A stretch of DNA of 64,000 nucleotides, from contig JBDHVE010000030.1 of assembly GCA_039809485.1 (NCBI GenBank), forward strand, positions 1,752-65,751, written 5' to 3'. This DNA comes from Polyangiaceae bacterium. Its GTDB lineage: Bacteria; Myxococcota_A; Polyangia; Polyangiales; Polyangiaceae. The notes below the pieces were generated by a model that made no database searches, was not told where the DNA came from, and worked only from the letters and a program-made list of their open reading frames with translations. A program made the translations under genes and the position numbers. Shown here in pieces: positions 35,782 through 45,224 of this stretch (its first letter is position 1; each line of letters starts with the position of its first letter).

Positions 35782-36579
35782 ATGACGAGCAGCGACACGC
35801 GCTTCCAGGGATCGATCCCGCGGACCTACGACGAGCTGCTCGGCCCCCTGCTCTTCGAGCCCTACGCGCTCGACCTCGCGGCGCGGCTCGGCGAGATCAC
35901 CGAAGGCGCCGTGCTCGAGACGGCTGCTGGCACGGGCCGGGTCACGCGTGCGCTCTCGAGCGTGCTGCCTTCGCGCGTTCGCATCCTCGCGACCGACCTC
36001 AACGAAGCGATGCTCGAGGTCGCGCGCACGCGCGTGAACGCCCCTTCCGTCACGTTCCGGCAGGCGGACGCCGCGGCGCTGCCCTTCCGCGACACGGAGT
36101 TCGACGCCGTGGTCTGCCAGTTCGGCGTCATGTTCATGGACAAGGGCGCTTGCTTCCGGGAAGCGAAGCGCGTGCTCCGGCGTGGGGGTCGCTTCGTCTT
36201 CAACGTGTGGGACTGCCTCGAGCAGAACGAGGTCAGCAAGGTCGTCCACGACGCGTGCGGAGCGATGTTCCCCGACGACCCGCCTCGCTTCTACGAGCGC
36301 GTCCCGTTCGCCTATCGCGACGAGGCGCGCATCCGCGAGGACCTCACCGCGGCCGGGTTCGAGGACATCGCGATCGAGGTCGTCGACAAGGTGACGCGGG
36401 CGCCTTCGGCGGAGATCGCCGCGATCGGCCTCTGCCGGGGCACTCCGCTCTTCGGCGAGCTCCAGGCGCGCGGCCGGGTCGACGAAGCGGTCTCGCACGT
36501 CGCTCGAGCGCTCGCCGCGCAGTTCGGCTCCGCGTCGTTCGACAACCGGATGCGCGCGCTCGTCGTCAGCGCGCGGTGA
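35782..36579 (+). CDS. Class I SAM-dependent methyltransferase
   Basis: VLETAAGTG, ATDLNEAML, QADAAALPF, FDAVVCQFGVMF; GGAGG RBS. Confidence 0.92.
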   Translation: MTSSDTRFQGSIPRTYDELLGPLLFEPYALDLAARLGEITEGAVLETAAGTGRVTRALSSVLPSRVRILATDLNEAMLEVARTRVNAPSVTFRQADAAALPFRDTEFDAVVCQFGVMFMDKGACFREAKRVLRRGGRFVFNVWDCLEQNEVSKVVHDACGAMFPDDPPRFYERVPFAYRDEARIREDLTAAGFEDIAIEVVDKVTRAPSAEIAAIGLCRGTPLFGELQARGRVDEAVSHVARALAAQFGSASFDNRMRALVVSAR

Positions 36580-36588
36580 ACGCGCGGC

Positions 36589-37662
36589 TCACCAGACGAC
36601 GAGCTCGTCGCGGTGCACCATCACGAACGGGTCGGCAGCCTCGTCGCGCCTTCCCGCGAGCACGACCGCCTCCGTCGAGGAGCACCGCGCGAGGCCGCGC
36701 CCGATCTCCTCGCCGCTGGGAGCGAGGAGCCTGACCGAGTCGCCCGCACGGAAGTCGCCGCGCACGCCCGCGACGCCGACGCCGAGCACGCTCTTGCCCT
36801 TCTCGCGAACGGCGCTCGCCGCGCCCTCGTCCAGCAACATCGCGCCGCGCGGCCGGAGCGTGAACGCGATCCAGTGCTTCTTCGCGGGGAGCCGGCGCGA
36901 GGCGGCGACGAACACCGTCCCTTCGTCCTCCCCGGCGAAGATGCGGCCGAGGACGTCGTCCTTCCGCGCGTCGGCGATGACGACGTGCGCGCCGGCCAGC
37001 GTCGCGCGCCGCGCGGCTTCGATCTTGCTCGCCATCCCTCCGGTCCCGACGTCGCTCTTCTTCGCGCGGACGAGCGGGAGGGCCTCGGTGCTCACGTCGC
37101 GCACGACCGGCACGCGCGTCCCACTCGCGTCGAGGAGGCCTTCGACGTCGGAGAGGAGGACCAGCACGTCCGCGGCGACGAGCGGCGTGACCATCGCGGA
37201 GAGCTCGTCGTTGTCGCCGAACTTGATCTCCTCGACCGAGACCGAGTCGTTCTCGTTCAGGACCGGCACCGCGCCCGCGTCGAGCAGCGCCGAGAGCGCA
37301 GCGCGCGCGTTGTTCGCCCGCACGCGATCGGCGAGGTCGGCATGGGTGAGGAGCACCTGCGCGACGGAAAGGCCCACCGTCCCGAACGCCTCCTCGTAGG
37401 CGCGCATGAGGAGGCTCTGCCCCGCCGCGGCGGCCGCCTGGAGGCGCGCCATCTCCTTCGGCCGCGCGCGATAGCCGAGCTTCCGCGTCCCGAGCGCGAT
37501 CGCGCCGCTCGAGACGATGACGACGGAGCGTCCCGCGTCGACGAGCTCGCGGACGGCGCGCGCGAGGCGGGCATGCGCCTGCGGGTCTCGTGCGAGGGAG
37601 CTCGACCCGATCTTGACGACGACCCGACGCGCCTTCCGCACGTCCTTCCGCGGCTCGGTCAT
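36589..37662 (-). CDS. proB: Glutamate 5-kinase with PUA domain
   Basis: VVVKIGSS, VSSGAIALG, AAAAGQ, PVLNENDSV, FGDND, GTGGMASKI, C-terminal PUA ending HRDELV. Confidence 0.96.
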   Translation of the reverse strand: MTEPRKDVRKARRVVVKIGSSSLARDPQAHARLARAVRELVDAGRSVVIVSSGAIALGTRKLGYRARPKEMARLQAAAAAGQSLLMRAYEEAFGTVGLSVAQVLLTHADLADRVRANNARAALSALLDAGAVPVLNENDSVSVEEIKFGDNDELSAMVTPLVAADVLVLLSDVEGLLDASGTRVPVVRDVSTEALPLVRAKKSDVGTGGMASKIEAARRATLAGAHVVIADARKDDVLGRIFAGEDEGTVFVAASRRLPAKKHWIAFTLRPRGAMLLDEGAASAVREKGKSVLGVGVAGVRGDFRAGDSVRLLAPSGEEIGRGLARCSSTEAVVLAGRRDEAADPFVMVHRDELVVW

Positions 37663-37664
37663 GG

Positions 37665-38321
37665 TCACGCGCGGACGCTGGCGAGCACGTCGTCGAACGC
37701 GGCGTCGAGCCGGCGGACGAGCCAACCGGGCAGGCTCGCCATCGAGATGAGCACGCCGTCGACGACCTGCGTCGTCTGGTCCCGGAGGTCCTCCGCCGGA
37801 CGCGGCGGGTCTTCGCGCGAGGCGTTGCCCTCGGTCGTGAGCGCGTAGACGAGCGCCTGATCGATCGCGCGGCGGACGCGGCGCGCCTCGTCGACGTCGA
37901 TCCGCACCGCCCGCGCAGTGCGCGCCGTGTCGAGATAGCGCTGGAGGAGGTGACCGAGCACGAACGTGCCGAGCGCGGAGCGGACGGGCGGCACCGCCGA
38001 GAGCGGACCGAAGCGGCCGAGGACACGCGTGACCGCGAAGGCGACGCCCTGCGAGAGCACGCCCTTCGAGCCGTCACCCGCGAGCGGGTCCGCGAGCACC
38101 TCGCGCGCTTCGGGGGTGAGCGAGAGGCCGTGGCGCGCCGTGATGTCGTGGGCGAGCGCGCCACGGACGCGCTTCACGATCACGTTCGGGACCCACGGGA
38201 GCGGGACGATCCCGCTCGCCGCGCCGAGCACGGTGTAGGTGCCGAGGCGGCCGCCGTCGAGCTGCCGCTTCACGAGCGCGTCGCCGCGACGCGACGCGAC
38301 CTCGAAGTCGTCCTTCTCCAT
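37665..38321 (-). CDS. Hypothetical protein (DUF697-like helical hairpin motif)
   Basis: LGAASGIVPLPWVP...AHDITARHGL; stop overlaps the proB start region. Confidence 0.65.
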   Translation of the reverse strand: MEKDDFEVASRRGDALVKRQLDGGRLGTYTVLGAASGIVPLPWVPNVIVKRVRGALAHDITARHGLSLTPEAREVLADPLAGDGSKGVLSQGVAFAVTRVLGRFGPLSAVPPVRSALGTFVLGHLLQRYLDTARTARAVRIDVDEARRVRRAIDQALVYALTTEGNASREDPPRPAEDLRDQTTQVVDGVLISMASLPGWLVRRLDAAFDDVLASVRA

Positions 38322-38339
38322 CCCGGCCACGTTACCACC

Positions 38340-39212
38340 TCACGCGAGCGCGCGCGCGAGCGGCAACAGCTCGAGGAACACGACCTTGGCCTCGGCGGCG
38401 AGGCCGAGCAGCTCGGCGGTCGTGAGGCTCTCGCCGAGGTCGATCGTGACGTGGGCGCCGTTCGCCTCGGCGAGGCCGCCGCGCTCGGCGAGACGCGCGG
38501 CGAGGACGGGGACGGCCGCGGCGGCGTCCCCCGCGATGCGCGCCGTGAACCGCCTTCGCGCGCGGACGAGCGTGGCCGGAGATCCCTGCGCTTCGATCCG
38601 CGAGCCCGAGACCACGGCCGCCTCGCCGGCGGCGACGGCGAGCGGCGACGCGAGCGCGACGCGGGGAGCGAAGACGATCCACGCGCGGCCTTCGACGGCC
38701 GCGGCGAGGACGCGCGCGAACGTGCTCGCGACGTCCTCGGCGAGATCGGCGAGCGGGTCCTCGAGCAGGATCGTATCCGCGCCGGTCGCGAGGGCGGCGG
38801 CGACGGCCGCGGCGCGCCGGGCCGCGGTCGGGAGGCGGTCGAGGCGCGTCTTCGTGGCCGCCGCGAGGTCGAGCTTCGCGATCGCGGCCGCCGCACGCGC
38901 GTCCGCTTCGCGTCGCGACGCGCCCGCGAGCCGCGCGTTCCACGCGACGTACTCGAGGGTGCTCCACTTCGCGGGTACGGCGAGGTCGATCGGGACGAGC
39001 GCGACGGCGTTCGCACGCGCCGCCTCGGCCGCCACGGCGCCACGCACGAGGAGCCGCCCGCGGACGACCGGACGGAGCCCCGCCGCCGCTTCGAGCAGGG
39101 CACGTGGCGCGCCGAGGACGAGGGCGCTCCCGGCTTCGAGCCGGAGCGAGAGGCCCTCGACGGCAGGCACGCCGTCGACGTCGACGCGAAGGTCCTCGGC
39201 CTCGAGCAGCAT
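38340..39212 (-). CDS. Degenerate ABC-type ATPase-like protein
   Basis: LEAEDLRV...AVEGLSL.L..G scaffold, but Walker A reads LGAPRALL, signature LPTAARR, Walker B LLEDP. Confidence 0.75.
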   Translation of the reverse strand: MLLEAEDLRVDVDGVPAVEGLSLRLEAGSALVLGAPRALLEAAAGLRPVVRGRLLVRGAVAAEAARANAVALVPIDLAVPAKWSTLEYVAWNARLAGASRREADARAAAAIAKLDLAAATKTRLDRLPTAARRAAAVAAALATGADTILLEDPLADLAEDVASTFARVLAAAVEGRAWIVFAPRVALASPLAVAAGEAAVVSGSRIEAQGSPATLVRARRRFTARIAGDAAAAVPVLAARLAERGGLAEANGAHVTIDLGESLTTAELLGLAAEAKVVFLELLPLARALA

Positions 39213-39351
39213 CCGACCCCACGGTACCAGGCCCAAAGGCGCCGATGGACGGTGAAGTGCCCCATTTCTCGGGTCCGGAGCGGCGGGAAGGGCACCGTTC
39301 TCCTCGGCCCCGGCGCGGGCGTCGGATATCCTGATTCACGAGGTGGATCGA

Positions 39352-40200
39352 ATGAGCCCGAAGCGCATCCCCGCTCTCTGCCTCTCGCTCGCGATGCTCG
39401 CGGCGTGCGCGAGCTCCGAGGAGGAGCAGGTGCTCCCGCCTGTCGTGCTCGGCATGACGGAGACGACGCCGCCGGCCTTCGACGACGGCCAGACGCAGAT
39501 CTACCAGGTGACGAAGGAGGTCTCGCTCCCGATGCGGGCGCCGCTGTCGAGCGAGCGAACGAACGGCGACGTCGATCCCTACCCGCGCGCGCCGTTCCAC
39601 CTCGCACGCGACACGCGCATCACGGTGCGCTTCACGCTGTCGAACCTCGAGGACAAGCAGAACATCGTCGAGCTGCTGTTCGATCCGTGGAACGAGTTCG
39701 TCCGCTACCAGCCGGGCGTGAACGCGAGCGGCGAAGAGGCGCTCCCGAACTTCAGCGGCAACCAGCGCTTCGTGATCCTGCCGCCGCTCGGCCGGGTCGA
39801 AGGCATCCTCACCCCCGACGACATGCTCGAGCTCGCGACCGACCTCGCGACGGCGATGTCGCTCGATCGGCGGCGGCCGGCGGCCGGCGCGACGCCGGGT
39901 GAGGACGATCCGCTCGGCGGCCCGACGCTCTACAACCGCGCGATGAACACGCAGAACCGGTCGACGGTGCAGTTCGATCCGGTGCTCGCGCCGTTCATCC
40001 CCCAGGTCGTCGCCGGCCTGACCGGGTTCGACGTGGGCCTCCGGACGAGCGGCCCGGCCAAGGTAGCGGTCGAGCTCCTGGTGGACGTCGAGGACCTGAA
40101 GGGCGACCGGGTCGTGCCATCGGGCGACAACCTCGAGACGCTCGACCCGCCGGGCGACGTCCTGAGCCCGCCCGCCCCCACCGGGATGATGGCGCAATAA
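39352..40200 (+). CDS. Hypothetical lipoprotein
   Basis: LAAC lipobox; no family recognised. Confidence 0.75.
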   Translation: MSPKRIPALCLSLAMLAACASSEEEQVLPPVVLGMTETTPPAFDDGQTQIYQVTKEVSLPMRAPLSSERTNGDVDPYPRAPFHLARDTRITVRFTLSNLEDKQNIVELLFDPWNEFVRYQPGVNASGEEALPNFSGNQRFVILPPLGRVEGILTPDDMLELATDLATAMSLDRRRPAAGATPGEDDPLGGPTLYNRAMNTQNRSTVQFDPVLAPFIPQVVAGLTGFDVGLRTSGPAKVAVELLVDVEDLKGDRVVPSGDNLETLDPPGDVLSPPAPTGMMAQ

Positions 40201-40223
40201 CGAGCCGCCGGGCCCCGTGCGCC

Positions 40224-40252
40224 TTGACAGAGGGGGCCGGGTTTGGGAATTT
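40224..40252 (+). promoter_or_regulatory. Probable sigma70 promoter of tRNA-Ser
   Basis: Perfect TTGACA at 40224-40229; only a weak AT-rich -10 candidate (GAATTT) 17 nt downstream. Confidence 0.45.
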
Positions 40253-40259
40253 GCGCGGC

Positions 40260-40346
40260 GGAGAGCTGACCGAGTGGCCGAAGGTGCCTGATTCGAAATC
40301 AGGTGTACCTGCAAGGGTACCAAGGGTTCGAATCCCTTGCTCTCCG
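40260..40346 (+). tRNA. tRNA-Ser(CGA)
   Basis: Acceptor GGAGAGC/GCTCTCC, anticodon arm CCTGA-TTCGAAA-TCAGG, long variable arm GTACC/GGTAC, T arm AAGGG-TTCGAAT-CCCTT, G discriminator; CCA not encoded. Confidence 0.95.
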
Positions 40347-40447
40347 CTAGACCGAGCCGCCCGTTCTCCGAGAGGAGGCGAGCGGCTCGTGTGCTTTCGG
40401 GGTTCCGGTCGCGCGCCGCGAAGAGGAATGCGGCGCCGACCACGCGT

Positions 40448-41650
40448 ATGCTCTCCTCCATGCGTAGCGTTCTCGGACTGACGCTCGGTCTCGGAGCACT
40501 CGTCGCGATCGCCTGCGGGAGTGAGGGCTCGAACGGGGGAACCGCGGGCCCGGGGACGGACGGGGGCGCGTCGTCGTCCTCGTCGTCGTCGAGCGGCAGC
40601 TCGTCCTCGAGCGGGGGCTCGAGCTCCGGCGGCGGCGGCGGCAACACGGAGGTGTGCGGCGCGCCCCTCGGGGCGCCCTGCGACGCGGGGAACGCCTGCG
40701 ACCTCGGGCTCGCGTGCGTCTCGGGCTCGTGCGCGTGCACGAGCCCGCCGTGCAGCGTGGCGTGTTGGACGGACCGCGTCGTCGACCATCTCGTCCTCGG
40801 CGGAGACACGCTCTTCGTCTCGCAGAGGGACGCGAACGAAACGAACTGGGAAGTCGACCGCGTCGAGGTGGCGGGCGGAGGCCCGAAGCGCATCGTGGAC
40901 GGCAACGGCTCGGCGAAGATCGCGACCGCAGCGGACCGCCTCTACGTCGGCGCCGGCCTTCGCGGCGTGGACAACACCCTCACGCAGATGGGCTTCGACG
41001 GCAGCGCCCCGAAGGTGCTGAACGCGAAGCTGCCCTTCGTTCGATGGGTCACCGCGACGCCCACGAACCTCGTCCTCTCGTCGGACCGGAGCGTGCGTCT
41101 CTACGGCCTGGACGGCGTGCTGGTCCGCAGCCTCGCCGACGACAACCTCCAGTACGTCCCGCGCTGGCTCACGGTCGACGGGAACGACGTCGTCTGGGTG
41201 AACGACAACGCCGACCGCCCGAGCGACGAGATCTACAAGGCCGACCTCGGCGGCGGAGGAGTGACCCGTCTCGCGGGCGGCGCCGGAAGCGGCGCGATCA
41301 AGCTGCTCACGGTCTGCTCGGACGCCTACTACTGGGCGACCAACGACCGCGTCGTGCGCTTCGAGCGCGGCGCTCCGCCCGACACCACGGGCGGAGCCGG
41401 GTCTGCGAAGAACGGCATCGCGTGCGCGGACGGCGGCGCGCTCTTCCTGACCGGCTTCGGCGAGGCGGGGTCGTCCATCCAGGATCCCTTCGGCGTGTGG
41501 CTCCGCTCGGCGGACGGCACGATGCGCCAGCTCCACCAGCCCCCGCAGGTGGGCCAGGCGCTCAGGGAGATCGTCGCGAACGCGACGTTCCTCTACTGGG
41601 TCCAGAGCGCCGGGACGATCGAGCGCGTCATGCGTTTGCCGCGCCCTTGA
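40448..41650 (+). CDS. Lipoprotein with Cys-rich module and beta-propeller-like C-terminal region
   Basis: AIAC lipobox, Ser/Gly linker, 8-Cys cluster, repeated LTVDGNDVVWV / CSDAYYW / NATFLYWV blades. Confidence 0.75.
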   Translation: MLSSMRSVLGLTLGLGALVAIACGSEGSNGGTAGPGTDGGASSSSSSSSGSSSSSGGSSSGGGGGNTEVCGAPLGAPCDAGNACDLGLACVSGSCACTSPPCSVACWTDRVVDHLVLGGDTLFVSQRDANETNWEVDRVEVAGGGPKRIVDGNGSAKIATAADRLYVGAGLRGVDNTLTQMGFDGSAPKVLNAKLPFVRWVTATPTNLVLSSDRSVRLYGLDGVLVRSLADDNLQYVPRWLTVDGNDVVWVNDNADRPSDEIYKADLGGGGVTRLAGGAGSGAIKLLTVCSDAYYWATNDRVVRFERGAPPDTTGGAGSAKNGIACADGGALFLTGFGEAGSSIQDPFGVWLRSADGTMRQLHQPPQVGQALREIVANATFLYWVQSAGTIERVMRLPRP

Positions 41651-41681
41651 GCGGTGGCGCGGGGACGACGAGCGCTAGGCT

Positions 41682-42407
41682 TCACCGACGACGGCGGCCG
41701 CGCGTGAGGCCCGCGAGGGCGAGGCCGACGATGCCGGCGAGCGCGAGGCCGCCGCCGGGACCGGTGCCCGACGTCGAGCAGCCACCGTCGTCCTCGGCCG
41801 CCGGCGTCGTGGTCTCGCTCGGCGGCCGCGTCGTGACCGCGCCGTTGCTGCCGCCGCTCGAAGACGTCGTCCCGGAGGAACCGCCCGACGACGTCGACGA
41901 CGTGCCGGACGATCCGCCGGACGACGTGCCGCCCGAGCTCGACGAGGTCGACGACGCGTCGGTGCCCGCATCCTTCGGCGCCTCGCTCGCGCAGGTCTGC
42001 ACCGTGCCCATCGGGTCCGGGACGATGTCACCGGAGATCTCTCCACCCGGGTTCGCGGCGGTGTGGATGTTCACGTACGTCTCCTCGGCCGCCACCTTCG
42101 CGTAGTCGGCCGCCGAGAACGCGATCTCGACGACGAGCGGCGAAGCCGAGAGCGTGATCGTCTTCGGCGCGAAGGCGTCGGTGACGTGGTGGACGTGCGC
42201 GTTCGTCGGGGCGCCCGTGAGGCCCTGGTACGTCACCGTCCCGCAGAGCTTGCCGGTGACGTCGTCGTACGTCAGCGCGGCGACGCCGGTTCCGCCGCCT
42301 CCGCCGTTCTTCGCGAGGGCAGCCTTGTAGTTGGTCTTCGCAGCGAACGACGAGGACGCGAACAGGAGCGAAGAGATGGTGAACGCGGAGAGGAGGAAGC
42401 GCTTCAT
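41682..42407 (-). CDS. CHRD-domain protein with MYXO-CTERM tail
   Basis: GLTGAPTNAHVH...YVNIHTAANPGGEISG; Ser/Gly/Thr linker; GGCS + TM + RRRR. Confidence 0.88.
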   Translation of the reverse strand: MKRFLLSAFTISSLLFASSSFAAKTNYKAALAKNGGGGGTGVAALTYDDVTGKLCGTVTYQGLTGAPTNAHVHHVTDAFAPKTITLSASPLVVEIAFSAADYAKVAAEETYVNIHTAANPGGEISGDIVPDPMGTVQTCASEAPKDAGTDASSTSSSSGGTSSGGSSGTSSTSSGGSSGTTSSSGGSNGAVTTRPPSETTTPAAEDDGGCSTSGTGPGGGLALAGIVGLALAGLTRGRRRR

Positions 42408-42494
42408 GCGCAGCATCGTCGCCTGCGGTGGGCGAGACGGCAACAACGGCGCGCTCTCGACGCGACGCACATGCCGTGCGAAGTCCCTTCCGCG

Positions 42495-43556
42495 ATGGGA
42501 GCCTTCTTCACCAACCTGCTCGTCCGGACGCAGGATGTCGAGGCGGTCGTGCGGGCGGTCAGCAGCATGCTCGCCGTCGGCGGCTGGAAGCGAGTGGAGA
42601 CGGCGGAGGACGGGCGCAACGTGCTCGTCGTCGCTGCCGGCGAGTGGGTCGCCGTCTACGACCAGGGGACGGAGGAGCAGCTCGCTGGTGTCCTCGAGGA
42701 CGTCGCGAAGGACGTGTCCATGTTCCTCGGCGCGCATGCCGTGGCGACGCTCGTCGAGGACGGGAGCTACCTGCTCGTCCAGCTCTTCGACGCGGGTGAA
42801 GCGATCGGCTTCGTCGAGCGCGGCGAGAGCGGCGTGTCGATCAACACGGGGGCCCTCCGACCGTGGCTGCGCCTCTTCCCCGATCCCGCCCGCCTCACGG
42901 CTGCGGCGGAGGCGATGAAGGCGGAGCACGTCCTCGTCGAAGACAACCTGCGCGCCTTCGCCTCTGCGCTCGACCTCCCGCGCGACGCGATCGCGACCGG
43001 GTTCCGGTACGCGACCGAGTCGCCCGCCACCGGCGCCCGCATGCTCTCGTTCGTCCCGGCACCGCCGGAGACGCCGCGCTCACCGGACGTGCGGCCCGTC
43101 CACGCGCAGGAACCCGCACCTCACGAGGAGGGCGGCGTGACGTGGGGGTGCACGTTCCGCAACCACGGCGCCGGCTTCCGCGGCGTCCGCGTCGTCCTCG
43201 GGCGCACGAACGGTGACGTCCGCATCGCGCGCGTGTCGATCACGGTCGGGGGCAGCGAGTTCTCTTCCGGGGAGCCGGCGTCCGTCGAACGCCGCTTCGA
43301 TCCGCCACTCGCGCTCGAAGCCCCGCTGGTCCTCGATCTGGAGGACCTCCAGGTTCCCGCCGGCGCGCCCGAGGAGTACCTCGCGAAGCTGAAGCTGATC
43401 GGCTTCGAGGCCTGGGCCCGTACCGCGATGCCCGCGCTCCTCACGTTCGATATCGAAGTGACCTCCCCCGCGACCGGGCTCGGCATGCTCACGCTGGCGA
43501 CCGGTCCTCTCGGCGAAACGGCGCTCGCGCAGCTGGACGTCGTCGTCGTCGCGTGA
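42495..43556 (+). CDS. Hypothetical protein
   Basis: Coding-like composition; fills the gap between convergent neighbours; no motif recognised. Confidence 0.7.
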   Translation: MGAFFTNLLVRTQDVEAVVRAVSSMLAVGGWKRVETAEDGRNVLVVAAGEWVAVYDQGTEEQLAGVLEDVAKDVSMFLGAHAVATLVEDGSYLLVQLFDAGEAIGFVERGESGVSINTGALRPWLRLFPDPARLTAAAEAMKAEHVLVEDNLRAFASALDLPRDAIATGFRYATESPATGARMLSFVPAPPETPRSPDVRPVHAQEPAPHEEGGVTWGCTFRNHGAGFRGVRVVLGRTNGDVRIARVSITVGGSEFSSGEPASVERRFDPPLALEAPLVLDLEDLQVPAGAPEEYLAKLKLIGFEAWARTAMPALLTFDIEVTSPATGLGMLTLATGPLGETALAQLDVVVVA

Positions 43557-43559
43557 AGC

Positions 43560-45206
43560 TCACACCACCTTCGGCGCCGCGCCCTCGCGCGGCGGAAGCG
43601 GCCCGCCGGCCTCGACGAGATGCGAGGTGCCGCTCGCGCACGAGAAGGCGGCCGCGAATTCCTCGATGTTCGTCTTCGTCAGGTGGTCGCCGACGAAGTA
43701 CCACTCGCCCTGGACGCGCTCGCGCGTGATGTCGACGACGAGGTACCCCTTGCGCGTGACCTCGTTGTACTTGATGTGCGGGTTCGCGTTCTGGAGGAGC
43801 GCGGGCGCGACGGACGCGAGCGGGTCGCCCTCGAGCCCCTGCGAGGTCACGGCGGGGCCGACCATCTCGACCGCGACCGAGCCCTCACCCGTGTCCGGCT
43901 TGTACGTCGCGATGTCCGCCGGCACGTCCAGCGCCCACGACGTGTGGATGTCGCCGGTGAGGATGACGAGATTTCCGATCTTCTCGTTCTGGAGGTGCTC
44001 GACGATCCGCTTCCGGGTCGCCTGGTAGCCGTCCCAGAAGTCGGTCGAGACGACCTTCTTGTCACGCGGATCGATCGTCGGCGAGAAGATGACCTGGTTG
44101 CCGAAGAAGCGCCACGCCGCGCCGCGGGCCTTCGACGCGGTGAGCTGGCCCTTCAGCCACGTCTCCTGCTCCGCGCCGAGCATCTCGCGCGAAGGGTCCG
44201 CCCACTGCTCCGGCGTCCCCTTGTCCGACCCGTTCACGACGTCGGTCGTGCCGATCTGCTTGTCGCGTCCGATGAGGCGCGTGTCGAGCATCATCAGGTC
44301 CATCAGGTTGCCGAACGCGAACGAGCGGAAGATCTTCGGTACGTCGTTCGTCGGGACCGGCACGCGGATCGGGAGCCACTCGACGAACGCGCGCGTGCCC
44401 GCGAGCTTGCGCGCCTGGTAGTCGCCTTCGTCGGGCTGGTGGTTCTCGGCGCCGCCCTTCCACGCGTCGTTCGCGACCTCGTGGTCGTCCCAGACCGCGA
44501 TGAGCGGGTGCTGGCGGTGGATCTCCTGGAGGTCGGTGTCGCGCTTGTAGTGCGCGTACCGCCGCCGGTAGTCCTCGAGCTTCACGCACTCGTTCTTCGG
44601 GTCGAGCGGCCGTTCCGCCGCCGCCTTCCCGTACACGCCGTCGGCGTACTCGTAGATGTAGTCACCGAGGTGGATCCAGACGTCGAGGTCGGCGCGGTCG
44701 GCGATCCGCGCGTAGGCGTTGAACCAGCCATTGTTGTAGTTCGCACACGACGTCATCGCGACGCGGAGCCGGGCGACCTCACCGCTCGGCAGCGTCCGCG
44801 TCCGGCCGACCACCGTCCGCCCTTTCCCCTCGAGCGCGAACGCGTAGTAGTACGTCGTGCCGGCGGTGAGGCCGGTCGCGTCCACCTTCACCGTGTGGTC
44901 CGCGTCGGCGGACGCCATCGCGTCGCCGCGGTTCACGACGTTCGTGAGCGCAGGGTCCGATGCGATCACCCAGAGCACCTTCACTGGCGCGGGGTCGGTG
45001 GTCGTCACGCGCGTCCAGAGGATGACGCGATCGACGAGCGGGTCGCCGCTCGCGATGCCGTGCGCGAACGTCGTCGTGTCGACCGGCAGCGGCCCGATCT
45101 CGGGGCCGCCCGTCGTGACGGGCTCCGCCGAATCGGAGCAGCCGGCTCCGGTGACGACGACGGAGGCAGCGGTACCGACGAGTAGATCACGACGACGGAT
45201 GCGCAT
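43560..45206 (-). CDS. phoD: Alkaline phosphatase D, Tat-exported
   Basis: RRRDLL Tat motif; FAHGIASGDP, ILWTR, HLGDYIYE, WDDHEVAND, LDTR, LTGDIHTSW. Confidence 0.95.
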   Translation of the reverse strand: MRIRRRDLLVGTAASVVVTGAGCSDSAEPVTTGGPEIGPLPVDTTTFAHGIASGDPLVDRVILWTRVTTTDPAPVKVLWVIASDPALTNVVNRGDAMASADADHTVKVDATGLTAGTTYYYAFALEGKGRTVVGRTRTLPSGEVARLRVAMTSCANYNNGWFNAYARIADRADLDVWIHLGDYIYEYADGVYGKAAAERPLDPKNECVKLEDYRRRYAHYKRDTDLQEIHRQHPLIAVWDDHEVANDAWKGGAENHQPDEGDYQARKLAGTRAFVEWLPIRVPVPTNDVPKIFRSFAFGNLMDLMMLDTRLIGRDKQIGTTDVVNGSDKGTPEQWADPSREMLGAEQETWLKGQLTASKARGAAWRFFGNQVIFSPTIDPRDKKVVSTDFWDGYQATRKRIVEHLQNEKIGNLVILTGDIHTSWALDVPADIATYKPDTGEGSVAVEMVGPAVTSQGLEGDPLASVAPALLQNANPHIKYNEVTRKGYLVVDITRERVQGEWYFVGDHLTKTNIEEFAAAFSCASGTSHLVEAGGPLPPREGAAPKVV

Positions 45207-45224
45207 GACGCGCGAGCGTAGCCC

